Shown here: in pieces, positions 25,988 through 38,195 of the stretch | How the letters are laid out: each line of letters begins with the position of its first letter | Numbering within the stretch: the first letter of the stretch is position 1 | Source of the DNA: Chlorokybus atmophyticus | Lineage: Eukaryota; Plantae; Mesostigma and Chlorokybus algae | Direction: 5' to 3' | NCBI GenBank assembly: GCA_009103225.1 | Contig: RHPI01003330.1 | Coordinates: 355,408-419,407 of the forward strand | DNA: 64,000 nucleotides | Notes under the pieces: model-generated | Database searches by the model: none | What the model saw: only the letters and a program-made list of their open reading frames with translations | Told to the model about the DNA's origin: nothing | Program-made: the position numbers and the translations under genes

Positions 25988-27818
25988 TCATCGCGACAGC
26001 GTGTGCACAACAGATTGCGCAAGAGCCGCGAGACTGCTTTTGCTGGCGCCTGTACTGGAACTGGGATTGAGGTCCGCGCTCTGCAGGAGCACGCTGGTCG
26101 CCTGCGTCCCAATGACGTTCTGCACGGCCCTCTGCGCATGAGCCGCAGTGTATAGCGGCTCGGACGTCGGACTCAGTGCAATATCACTCTTTGCCAGCAC
26201 GTGTGTTACCAGCAAGTGCAGAAACTCCGCACACTGGCATCTGCAATTAGAAACCACAAAATTAATGTATTGCCAAGCAACTTTGCGTCCAGAAACTGGT
26301 GTGAGCGTGAAATGCTAACCGTGTGTGTATTGGAAGGCTGGCATCCATGAGCGACCTGGAAATGATGGTCACGCCATTGTTGTCAGCCAGCTCCTGCAAC
26401 AACGCATAACAAGTCAACCTCAAGAGGTCCTGAAGGGCGCAAAGTCCCAGCACAAAATTGGACGTGATATGCAAGCTCCAAAAGCCCCTGCCAGGCAGGG
26501 TGCACGACAACCGGACTGGACTTACGCGTTGGTTGTCAACATCATCGAGCAGCAATGCCAAAAGCGCCTCAAGACACGCCTCCTTGACAGCGGCGTCAAA
26601 GCCAGGAAGCCTTCCGACCAACACCTGTCTTACAAGGCTTTGTGCCAGTCACAAGCTGCACTCGCTACACAGAAACACGTGCTTGTTATGTCACACCTTC
26701 ACAGCACGCTCGTCGCCCGCAGCTGCTCTACTTGCGGGATCGAGCAGACAACATCCTTGCAGCACGTGCAGAGCAGAGATAATCTCATCATCAGCTGGGG
26801 GAGAATGCGGAGGCGGAGCTGGCCGGCATGTCAGTGGGTCTTCCTCGCTTCGAGAATTGCTGGCAGCGGACTGAGGCGCCAGCACGCACCGGATCAATGC
26901 TGGAGCAACTACATGACAGGTTGCATCAAATTAAGTGAGACAATGATTTCCATTCGGATTCACAACAGTGCTGCTTAGACCGGAGTCCAACCACATCGAC
27001 AACAGCACAAGTCCTCAGCATGCATGGTGCTACCTTCAAGCTCGGGGTTCTTCTGGAGCTCTGCGAACAGTGTTGGACTCAATGTGGCTTCGCGCAGTGC
27101 CGCGGTAAGGGTGGTCAGGCCCTTCTTGCGCGAGTAAGAGAACCCACCGTTCAAATCCTAACAGCAGCGTGTTTGCGTATGTTGCGTAAGTGCACTCTTC
27201 TCGCACAGGTGACGTGAGGTGCTTGAGAGCGCAAGGTCCATCCAATCTGGCAACAACACTTGATATATGGACCAGCAACAACAGCGTACACCTGAGCTGA
27301 CAAAATGCGGCTTCTGACCAGCATTGACAATGTTCTTGACTCAAACAACACCGCTGGGACCAGGTAAACAATTAGAGACTTGGGAATTGGACAGCACGCG
27401 CAAATGCATGAGCCAACTGCAGGAGCACAGCTGCAATGGGAACACGAAACGGATTCTCATGACAGGCGAGTGTGCAAATGGCCGCTGCTTGAGTACGGAT
27501 AAATGAAGCCGCTTCTAAGAGTATATGTACATGCTTATACATGCGTGCGGGTGCAAAGCGGTTGTGCATGAAGCGTACCTTCAGGCCACGACGCAACGCA
27601 TATGCCAGCTCCCGCTCAGACCGCCGCTTCAGCAGCTCGACAACCAGTTGCTCAACACCTGCCAGCATAGGTTGTTCACATTGAAACAGAAACCAAGAGC
27701 GTGGAGCGTGCAATATTGCATTGATCAGGCCTTTCATGTGCGTACCATCAGCGCCGGGCATATAGTCCTCGGCTGCGACGGTGTCTTCCTGCGACCCCAT
27801 CATTGTCGTCATCGTCAT
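25988..27818 (-). CDS. Plant-type CDC14 (SIN component, PF08045-like) ARM-repeat protein; not the Cdc14 phosphatase
   Basis: GVEQLVVELLKRRSERELAYALRRGLK; ISALHVLQGCCLLDPASRAAAGDERAVKVLVGRL; KEACLEALLALLLDDVDNQR; CQCAEFLHLLV. These match the remembered plant motifs ALRVLEGCCLLH, ACLDAL and CGEFLLLL. Confidence 0.75.
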
Positions 27819-28253
27819 GTACAACGCCGCCCCTCTCGCCGCTCACATGCCTGCTGACAGCAGCAGCAACGACCACACCGTCACCGCTGAGGAGCTACGC
27901 TGCTAGCTTAAGGAGCTCAGGCTGTACATGTTCATCGCCGCAGCCTCAAGCCGATTGCACAGGTGACAAGCAGTTATACTCGACGAGGACGACAACGCGA
28001 GCCACACCGCCGGCGCTGCCGGCGGCGACAAGCCGCTCAGAAGCTGACACGTAAAAGTCCATGCAACAATTTTCATTTGTGACAACACCTTAGTGTCGGT
28101 AGTCGACACAGCGGGACCTGTGCACCTTCCATCGATGGTTCGGACATGGCTTGCCGCTTAACCCGTACGATTGGCTCCATCGCACGGCGGAGCGATGGAC
28201 GATGCTTGTTTGGTCGGTAGCCACAAGCTATGGCAGCACTAACGTTGCTCAAG

Positions 28254-28302
28254 TAGGGTTAGGGTTTCTTGCGGCGGCGGCGTGGCGAAGGAGGAGGAAG
28301 TC
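28254..28302 (+). promoter_or_regulatory. Telo-box (TAGGGTTAGGGTTT) plus (GGC)n-GAAGGAGGAGGAAGTC leader module upstream of PRPL10
   Basis: The motif lies 50-95 bp upstream of the ATG; the same 19-mer plus AGGGTTT sits upstream of SULTR (39727-39752). Confidence 0.6.
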
Positions 28303-28348
28303 GAGGAGGAGGCCGCGCACGAGGCGGAGGAGTAGGGAGTGATCAAAT

Positions 28349-29949
28349 ATGGCGGCGATCATAGCCGCTCAAGCCTCAACTGCTTATAAGTACGTTGCTT
28401 TGTCGCACTGGCACCATGGCTTAGGGCATTGCCTCTGGCACGCATTGCCACAGTGCCTGTGTAATTGTGGTCAACTCTTGCAGGTTCTTGCAAATTGCAC
28501 CTTTAAAGCATTGAGCGATCTACACTTGTTGTAGTATGTAAGTCATTACATCGCAACGAAATAGCTAATGCGCTGGTTGCCACCAGCTGAATCAGCAATT
28601 GCTGTCCAAATGCCGTGCCTGGCATATTGCTGGGAAGCAAGTGTTAGCTATAAGGTCATTGCATCGTGCTGTATTAGGCTTTGGTTTCACAGAGTAATTG
28701 CATTTCTGTCGTTATGCATTGACTGTTGCGGCATCGCATTGCATCAGATCGCAAGTGCTGCGAAGCGAGTTCTATGGAGCACAGCAGCTGCGATTGCCGC
28801 GCGCCTCAAGGCCACAGGCTTACTCGTCGAGGCCAATGCAGGTAAGCTGATATAGGCGCAAGATAGCAGAACCCCATTGTGCATAGATGTAGCAGCAATA
28901 CTCGTACTCCACCAATGTTCATACATGCCCGCAATTACACGCATGTTCCGCGACAGATACGCGCAATCTCTCTCTCTTGAAACTTGCTGCATGCTGCATG
29001 TTGTACATGCAAAGCTGTTGGCACAACGCATGCGTGTTGCAGGTCGAGATGGCTCTGACCAAGGAAAGGAAGGCTGAACAAATACAGCTGCTGAAGAATG
29101 AGCTGAGCGAGACTGTTCTCATTGCTGGCCTTGAGTACAAGGGGCTTACGGTATGAAACTATGCCAGCATGTTGCAACCAGATGAGTGTAAGCGTGATTT
29201 ATATATGAATTATAAATCTGCACCAGAAATAGATCTGTTTCGCATGTCCTTGTGACATGATGCTTGTAAGGCAGTATACGCTCACATAATGTGCGTGGTA
29301 CTTTGCTTAGAAATCCATGCTGCTAAGTTTGGTAAAAAAACCCAGCACGGTATTGTGCGCGCGCCTGTGTGGGTCTGTAGTTTGTTGCACGAGATTTTCA
29401 TACTTGCTTGCCGAGCAGGTGTCCCAGTTGCAGACCTTCCGCCGCACTCTGCCCAAGAGCACGAAGCTGCGGATCATGAAGAACACTGTCCTGAAGCAAG
29501 CCATTGCCGGTAACGATCAATGGAAGGCTTTGGAGCCTGTTGCCAAAGGCCAGAATGCGTGGATGTTTATCAAGAGTGATGAGGAGCTCACTGTTGCTAT
29601 CAAGGTGTGGAAGTGCAGGATCAGTTGATTGGTGCACAAGTTGTATGCATGTTCATGGTGTAAACATGCGGTCGTTGTGCAGGCCTTTAGGACACTACAG
29701 AAGGACCTGAAGCTGCAAAGTGACTTCATTGGGGGTGTCATGGAGAAGAAGGTGCTGGCTCCTGAGGACTTCAAGACACTTGAGAAGCTGCCCACGAAGA
29801 TGGAGCTCATTGCAAAGATTGCTGGCGCCATCAACGCCATTCCCACAAAGGTTGCTCTCAGCGTCAAGGCCATTCCGAACAAGGTTGCATATGCTGCCAA
29901 GGCGGTCGCAGACCAGAAGGCAGAGCAAGATGGCGCGTCATCCTCTTAG
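28349..29949 (+). CDS. PRPL10: Plastid 50S ribosomal protein L10 (uL10c) precursor
   Basis: Transit peptide exons, then MALTKERKAEQ..IAGLEYKGLT/VSQLQTFRRTLP..IMKNTVLKQA..GQNAWMF..FIGGVMEKKVL..LEKLPTKMELIAKIAGAINAIPTKVA. Confidence 0.95.
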
Positions 29950-30333
29950 TGCAAAGAACATCCGGTCACGTCCATATCAAGTATGCCTGCGGGCATGCAG
30001 CTATTTTCACTTTGCGCACGCTACAATAGCTACAAACTTGACATGTGAGATTTATTGCGTATACAGTATCAGACTGCTAGTCTGTACGCCATGTGGCAGT
30101 GCAATGCGGCGGCTGAGCAAGCATATTTTCCCAGCCATACAGAGCCCTTACTCAATCTTTACTAGCACGTGGAGGTCAAGCACACCCATGAGCGTGCACT
30201 CATCCAATGTACAAAACGGTAGACTGGAATGTGTTCTGATGTGCGTGTCACAATACTTGCGTAGACCGGGAATACTGTACACGCAGAAACACTGCTTTGT
30301 AACACACGGCATACACCAAAACCCACAACACTA

Positions 30334-31740
30334 TTATTGCTTAAGCAATAGGAACGTCCGCTCCCTTATCTCATCTGGCCATGTAGACTGAAACACTCTC
30401 TGATAACCATGTTGTATCCATCTTTTGTGTGCGTCAGAGGTGTACGGGTACACTACCACTGCCAATGGTGCTGCGAACACGCAGACATTGTCAACACAAC
30501 ATCGCCCTACCAGCAAACATGTGATGCGTGCCTTAGTTTCACTGGGGAACACAGCACACTCAAGGCAGTTTCAGCGTGCTAACCTCTCTCTTGCTGCAAC
30601 AACTGCGAGAGCAGGTGTGGGTACAGCCTGTGCATATCCTTGGCATTAAACCAGGCGTCTGATGACGAACCAGCACCCACCAACACAATGGCTGCTGCTT
30701 GCATGTTGTGTTCAAGTTCCTTCCCTGGATTTGATCTGCATGGTCCAGAAATGTCTGTCAATGAATTTACGCATAAGATTCTGAAACCATAGTGTGCCTT
30801 GCTTTGGTCCAAGTCCCACATCGCTCACCGATCAAGCTCAACCCATTGAGCTTTCAACTCGCCATGCGATGTTCGCCTCAGGAGGTTGTTCAAAAAGTAA
30901 AACCATCGCTCTTCCTCGCAGTAAACCTGAACAAAGCTCAGTATCAATCATGCAACACTACTTCAAACCAGAATGCATAGCGAGTTGCAGAGCAACACCA
31001 GGTAATGACCTGCACTGCTTGTGGCGCCGGCTCTTTTACAAACTGCCACTCGTGGCGAAGCAACATGTCAGACACGGACGGCACTTGCGGCTTTGTTATG
31101 GTAACAATCGTGGAGTCTCTGCCGCAACCACTGCAATCATGTAAGCTGCATGCTATGCACAGGTACACAAGCATAACACTATGTCTGCCATAAGACTGCA
31201 TGGCATGCACAGGTGCATGCACACTTGCACAAGGTGCAGTCAGCTTGTGCAAGTGAGTGTTGCACTAACCCTGGTTGAGGTGAAGCCGTGGCTGACGCGT
31301 CGTCAATGAACTGTGTCCGCGTGCTGCTTCCTCTCAGATAGCTTCGAAGCAGGTGCCAGATGCCACCAAGCCACCCTGTCAACGTCCCCCACACGCCCGC
31401 GCCGCGCGTCATGGACCATACGAGCAGCAGCCAGTCAAGTGGAAAACGCACCAACCTGATACGCAAAGCGCTCGCAATAAGAACAGCGAGCACAAAACAT
31501 GTTGTGTCAACAATAACACGAAGTAAGACAGCTAAGTAAGACAGCTAAGTAAAGTATTGCAGCTTGCATGCAATGCCACTTCTTACTTCCTAAAGCAGCT
31601 GCAGCTAGCATGCTCGCACCGAGCATGCTAGGTGCAGCTGCTTTACTAAGTAATGCACATTGCCCAAGCTGGCGCAGCACGCTGCATGGCAACACATCCG
31701 TCGGCTGATTTATACTGGGTGCATCGCAGACTTGACGCAT
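30334..31740 (-). CDS. Uncharacterised multi-exon protein with a hydrophobic N-terminal half and a soluble C-terminal domain; start uncertain
   Basis: Five downstream exons join in consistent phase with GT-AG sites: ...LVRFPLDWLLLVWS...PQPG/LHDCSGC...QAVQ/VYCEEERWFYFLNNLL...ELDR/SNPGKE...IVLVGAG...QERG/RCCVDNVCVFAAPLAVVVYP...FLLLKQ*. Family not recognised. Confidence 0.7.
31560..31671. repeat. ~112-nt imperfect fold-back (34-bp core stem, 3 mismatches, 3-nt loop), preceded by a 13-bp tandem repeat at 31521-31552
   Basis: ttacttcctaaagcagctgcagctagcatgctcg-cac-cgagcatgctaggtgcagctgctttactaagtaa; outer pairing cagcttg/caagctg. Confidence 0.9.
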
Positions 31741-32779
31741 GCCATGTGTCTAAACAAATAAAAGCTTTGCGGCACTACGACAGAAAAGCAAACAAAACGT
31801 GCCGAATGCACTGTTTCACGCTTGAAACCGACCGAGACTCGACGGGAGGGCTTAGAGATTCAACATGCAAACCGACGTGCTGAGAAAAATCAATATAGAA
31901 GAGCCAGAATGAAGCAAATGACTGTTACCAACACGTTTTAACATTGCCGCGTACTTCTGAGGCTGCAGGTTCGTTGGAGCTCAGCTCTCATGCTGCGCAA
32001 GCAGCAGCAAACTGCCGCTGATCCAGCCAAACCAAGCAGCAGGCCGTCACACCGCAAAAACTCCCTCTCTCTCTCACCGCTGCAGCCACCTGGACCCACT
32101 ACTAAACTACAGCAACGTCGGCTCTCGAAACCTACCAGAGCACACGCTAGGCCGCTTGGCCTGGTCTAGTCTAGACCTTTTGGCTGGACCGAAAAGCGGC
32201 TAACATAGTTAACAGGGTAAACCGCAATATCCATTCAAGCATCCCAGGCCGCCAGCTGAATAGAAATTGATATCAGAAGCGGATGACCGCAGTCAAGCTT
32301 TATTCACTATGTCAGCTGAAGGCATGATGCCACGCGGCACAAAAGTGCAGCAGCAGCTTTGCTTAGCTGAGCTTAGGGCAACTGAGCAGGCAGCGGGCAG
32401 GCGGCGGTTGCGGCGGCTCTGAGGGAGTGTAGCACAGAATTGCGGGTGGTGAAAGGGGGGGTGAAGGACTCGATTTATGCACGTGTTTCCAGCTTCAGCT
32501 GAGCTCACAAAGCTGCTGCGTTGCTGAAGCAAAGGTAAGCGGGTTGAAGCAGCACTGTGTTGCAAAGCTTTGACAACGCTGTTCATACCCTGGCTTCACC
32601 TGTCAATCCTGCTTTGTCACAGTCAATGAGTAGCACCTCTGCAGCATTGAAACTGTCATCTGCGCTGTGCGAAATCGTCTATGCGTCTGCAGCGCAAGCA
32701 CTTGAGACAACTGCTGCTGAGGATGCCCTTACTCACATTGATTGTGCTGTTTTAGGTCCTGTGCAGTGTCTGGGCAGTC

Positions 32780-34335
32780 ATGGGTGCCGCCCACAGCCAC
32801 ATGCGTGAGCAGCAACGGCGTCAGGAAGCTGCAGAGCGTGCACGGCGTGATCGTGAGCGCGCTCGCGTGGAGGGCGTCGTAGAGCGTGTGCGGGTGTTGC
32901 AGGCAAGTGCATCTGCTCTATATGAGCGTGAGGCCAGTGCGAAGGATGTTTAAGTTCTCGTTCAACCAGGCTACGAGCATGCCATGGTAGCGCGTGCAGT
33001 TGTTCACACGATAGGAATTGTGTTTGCTGGCTTTTTCAGGCTGAACCGCCAGTGAATGTGGCTGTTCTCGGACTGCAACATCATGGAAAATCTTCTCTGA
33101 TCAACACGGCCTTGCGCGTACTGAACAGGTGAGCATGTGCAACAGCATCTCTAGCACACAGTACAGGCAAATACAGCCCCTGCTATTCGCTTAAGCATGC
33201 GTTTGACAGCTGCCAGGCATTGCACTTGATGTGACCATTGGCTACAGCTGCTGTTTGCCATGATGCTTTGTCCAATCTCAAGCTTGCACAACAGGGAGTA
33301 CAATGGACCGTGGATACAGCGTGCAGAAACAGGAGTTCCGTCTGCTGAGCAGACCACTCGCATTTGCACACCTTACACCACTCCCGCTAGCATCAAGTAA
33401 ACTCTTCTAGCTGTTGCACATGCTATCAATGGTTGCATGCATCTGTGGCGAACTTTCCTCGTGTATCCACATGCTCGCATTCATTCCAAGCCCAACCTTT
33501 GTCTGCTGGCAGGTTCTTCGACACGCCTTCTGTCCACAACTTTGACAGCGAGGACCTTGCAGACATGCAAGCCATACTGGCTGGCCATCAGAACGTCCCA
33601 ATAGCGCGCCATCCTTTCTCCAAAACATACAATCCCAAGAACAAGGCAGAAGTTGTAGTTCTCGTTTTCGACCTCCAGGAGCTTGAATCAGAGGGCAACA
33701 AGGCCATCTTCCAGAAGTTGGTGAACTATCTGCGCGATCCACAGCGCCCAGGCAAGCACCTGCATTTGCACTTAAGTACAACTGGGAGTGCAGATGTGCA
33801 TAGCTTACTCTACATTTGTTTTCCCTCTTTACAAAGGTGGCCCTTTGCGTGTGATCATAGTCGCTTCGCATGCTGACAAGCTTGATGAGGAGGAGGTCGC
33901 TGATGGAGTGCAGAGCCTGCAGCACTTGTCTCCGATCGACTTGGTGATCCCAATGCAGGTATGCACCGTGGTCAGCATGTCTAGTCAACCCATTCCACAA
34001 CAACAACAAGTTTTGCCTTACTGACTGGTTGTCGTCCCGTTAGTTATACTTTGCGGAGAACAGTGAACAGCGGCTCATCGACACTGAGTTAAAGATACTG
34101 CAGGTAATTGATGAGCACTGTGGTGTGCCCTTGATATTCCTGACATAGGATATATTATGCCTTATGAAGTTGTTCGTAAGTCCCTGCTTAGGCTCACCAC
34201 ACACATTGTTCTTGGCAGGTTGTGGAGCAAGCTATAGTGTATGCACTGGCGGACCGTGCCACAGGTGGAGGGCTGACAGCTGTCGGCACAGAAGATTTTG
34301 AGAGCACATATGAAGACCTGGGCCAGCCTAGCTGA
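32780..34335 (+). CDS. IFI44-like P-loop GTPase with an N-myristoylation motif; 7 coding exons, one or two GC-AG introns
   Basis: MGAAHS start; G1 NVAVLGLQHHGKSSLINT; RAETG..TTRICTPY; G3 FFDTPS; AILAGH; VVVLVFD; G4-like VIIVASHADKLD; stop TGA at 34333-34335. The motif order matches my recollection of IFI44/IFI44L; not searched. Confidence 0.7.
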
Positions 34336-35077
34336 AGGAAAACGTCATCCCTGTAGGTTTGCGGCAGGTGCATGCTGGTCCGCATGCATCTGCATTGAGT
34401 GCCATTCTAAGTTCATGTGTCATGTACATTTGTCCAGTAGTTTACGTGCTGTGGTAGGTAGTCGTTCTGCTGGTAAGGTGCTTCCAGCCTGTAGTTTGTA
34501 GGTTCCGATTGTGCTGTACTGGCTGCAATGCGCCCAGCCACACGTATGACTGGTGCAGTCACAGTGTACCTCTTGCCTTGCCTGTGGTCTGTGGAGAGCG
34601 TGCACTCCAACTTCACGCAGTCCACACTTGCGACGCACAGCCAGCAAATTGATCATATGGTGAGAGTATGCAATTGACACCTGCTTGCTACAACCGGTGT
34701 CTTGGGAGGCTGTTGTACTACCTTGCCCACAATAGCACATTCCATTTTCGTACACAGCAACTGATGGAGTTGGCTACTGCGGTCCTGTTTGCTTGTGGGG
34801 TGTCATGCTGATTGTGGTATTTCTTGGTTGCCATGTTTGTGTGGTTGTTAATAGGCATGGACATTACACTCTGATATAAGCTTGTCTCCAACCTTCACAG
34901 GGGAAGATGGTCGCACTGATAATCCAAGATAATCGCCTAAGAGAAACAGAAGTCCTGATCGTGGAGGCGCAGCTGCAACCTAAAGTGGCGTGTGACATTT
35001 CGCGCCAGGCTCTAGCATCATTGACCTCATTACAATACAAATCAGACACAGCCCCAATCGGATGTATGCAGCGGTCT

Positions 35078-38000
35078 TCAACCCGCCAACTGCTGCCTCC
35101 ATAGTGGCACGGCCCTGCACACCAAGTCACGCAAACATAAAGTCACTTCTGCATTGTGATCACTCCCCATGACCTCGACGACCAACGCACATGCCACAAC
35201 CAGGAAGACAAGCACTAATGTACTTTGCCAATCCCCCAGCCCACCTGCTTTGGTTAGCCCTCCAGTTGACAACCTTGCTCTCAAACAGCCTTTCTGCCGT
35301 CCCGTCCTTGCCTTCATTCTCGGCCCGTCGCATCCTCTCAGAGACGGTCTCGCGCAGCAGCCGATGCGGATCGCGCGACGCCGTCACCTCCAACTACACG
35401 AGAAGTAGCGCAGCACGTTGTCAGCAGCATAGCACAGCGTGCTGTTCAATAGGTTTTTAACGTGTGTTGCGTGTGGGGTATGTCAAAGCAGAATTATTCT
35501 GCTTTGACATACCTTCTTCAGGTACTTCTGCTGCCGCGCCTCGCGCTCTTCCCTGGCCTTCTGCTCCGCGACGCGTGCTTCACTCATTGTTCGCAGCGTC
35601 TGCATCACCTGTTGTGCAACACCAGTCATAGACTGTCACATACGAACGTGCGAGTATGCTTGGGGCTGTTGACAAGCATGTGTGTGCGCATACATGAGCG
35701 TGCACACGCGTGTGCATGCGTGCATATGTGTCTCTAACAACAATGGGCCTGCACCATGTCTTGCCGTCTCTTAAGCTCCTCTCTGTTGGCTGCCTCCAGC
35801 GCCCGCTTCTGATCCTCCTTCATGGCCTTCGCTTGAAGATCACGGTTCTGCTCTAAACGCTTCTGCTCCTCCTTTTGGGCGATGAGCTCTTGTGCATGTG
35901 CCTGGTTCCCATGACACATTAACAATCTGGCACATTGTATTGTGTTCATGTACGCAGCTGGCTGTGAGCAGATCGCTTGCCTTCTGAGTGAGACGCTGCC
36001 TTTCAGCTTCCGCCTTTTTTTCGGCTTGCGCTGCGGCTTCTGCTGCTCGCAAGGCAGAAGAAGCCGCTTCCTTCTCTGCCTGAAGACAGACTGCTGGTCA
36101 GCGTAGCGAAGATAGAGCAATATGTAACCGGAGCTGCAGGAATACCTTCCACTGGGCGAGTTTGGCTTCCCGCTCAGCACGCTCTTCCTGCTCAATTTCG
36201 CTTCGCTTCTCCCTCTCTCTGCGCGCCCGATGCACTGACTCGGCTTCCACCTTGCTCCTGGCTTGCGCTTTGCCCACCTGCCCTCGCAACGAGTTAACCA
36301 ACAGTATGTCCCTTAGTATGACCACAACACATGATGAGTTGAGAGCAAGTTGATGTGGTAATCGTGGCATCTCGAGGAGTATGTGCATTACCTCCTTAGC
36401 AACACGCCAGCGCTGAACCGCCGCCCGTCTCTTCTCCAGAAGTTCCTATTCGCGGAGAGCAGCATGAGCTATTGTTTACACAGCGCCAGCAGCTTACATA
36501 CAAGCAAAGCAACGACCATGGGTCTACAACATGCACAATACCGCACGCGCACACGCACACGCGCACAGGCAATCACTCTGGCGCTCACTTGCTTATTTAT
36601 TGTGCGCTCACCTCATGTTCGGCGTGCCAGCGGCAGTGGCGTACAACATCCACGCGCGAGACAGTAGGAATCTCTTCCAGCGCCAGTTGCACGACGGCCG
36701 AGTAATTGTTCTGTTTTCACAGCTCCATGTCAGAGGAAAATATACAGTTTGCAACGACACAACGTGTGCACGCTCACGTCAACGCGCGCAAGCAGCTTGC
36801 AGAACTGCTCGTGGTCGCGCGGGTCCCAACCGCCCAACGCGCCCGTCCGATCCACAAACTCCTGGACGGGTTGCGCACCCGGAGAAGATTAATCAACAGG
36901 TTGAGTGTTGACGATGGTGATGATACTGTCATGTGTAGCTTCACGCACACATCACGCACTCACCTCAAACTCGCGCACTTCGGGAGCCACGCCGCTCTCG
37001 CTGTTTGTCCGAGACAGGCGCCTGCTGGAAGGTCTGCACAATAGCAGCAAGAGAGTGACAACATCAGCCTCGCTGGGTTGTGTCAGCATACTGTGTCAAC
37101 ATGCATGAGGTAGCAAGTCACTGAAACACCACTAAACCACAACAGCAGCTTGACAACAATGTACCGGCCGGGTGTGGTGGCAGGGCGCTGTTGATGATGA
37201 GAAGTCTGTTCGACAGCCGCGTTTTTGTTGCTCCCCGCTGCCGACTCCCACTCGTCGACGCGCCGCACGGAGGCGGACACCTCCTGGCTGAGCAGTCTCT
37301 CCGCGCTCGCCAGCTCTGCAAAGCTGCACGGGTGTTTGTGTATATGTGTGCACATGCATGTGCGTGTGCGTGCGCGAGCACGAGTTTGTTGTCACCCAGA
37401 TTAACAACATGTCATCCACGTCTATTAAAGCTTGCGCGCCTGCGCACTCACTGTATCTCTTCCGCTCTGTGTCTCTGTGCATACACGTGTGCGCGCATGC
37501 ACTTGTGCATCCGCAAGCAATGCATGTCATTACTGCACACAGCCAGTTGATTGACGTATATAGACAAACAAAGGTTCAGACACACGGCCACACAAGGCTA
37601 CACAAGATTATCCCTGTCGTGTACCTTTCGCGCTGTGAATGCTTGAGCGATGCAATGAACTCAGCGCCTTCTTGCGGCACCGACACAACTGCGGATGTAA
37701 GGAGACGACATTTGGTGTCAGTTTGGGAATTAGACTTTTTTACTAACGTGCTATGCACAACCATTGCTGACTGCTCACTCTGCGGGTTGCCAGCAGCCAT
37801 GGATGCCGACATCTTGTTTAGCGACGCCGTCATGAGCTTGATCTGCTGCAGACTCTCCACCAGCTCGCCAGCTGGCAAACAAGCCAAAGGCACTCTGTGT
37901 GTGTGCACATGTGCGCGAGTGCGTGTTCGTGTGCGCGCGCGCGCATGTGTCTCATGACTCAATATTCATGTGCAAACAACCCAACAACACATGCTGTCCA

Positions 38001-38195
38001 GCTCCAGCACTTTCCTCACGTACCAAGACGCTGGCGATCAACTGCTGCCTCCTCCACCTCTCGCGCAAGATCCGTCAGCGAGTTCGGCAACGGGACGCCA
38101 TCGCCGTTGGGCTGTGAGCTGCCGCCCGACTGCTTCTCCAACGCACGAAGCCTGCGTGAGGCAAACGTAGAGGGAGAGGGAGATTTGGGTTTCAT
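35078..38195 (-). CDS. CCDC112: CCDC112-like coiled-coil centriolar-satellite/cilia protein
   Basis: GGWDPRDHEQFCKLL, long E/R/K coiled-coil exons, and C-terminal RDPHRLLRET...RAVPLWRQQLAG* (CCDC112 hallmarks GGWD..DH, RDPSRL..PT, RAIPTWR). Confidence 0.8.

Noticed and set aside
27830-28150. Coding-looking GNN-rich frame with stops upstream of the CDC14-like gene, suggesting a pseudogene
   Set aside because: An in-frame ATG at 27818 splices cleanly to the conserved exons, so the stops fall in the 5' leader.
30813-30823. GTCCCACATCG, an exact plant snRNA upstream sequence element
   Set aside because: No TATA box at the required spacing and no snRNA-like sequence downstream; it sits at an intron start of the minus-strand gene.
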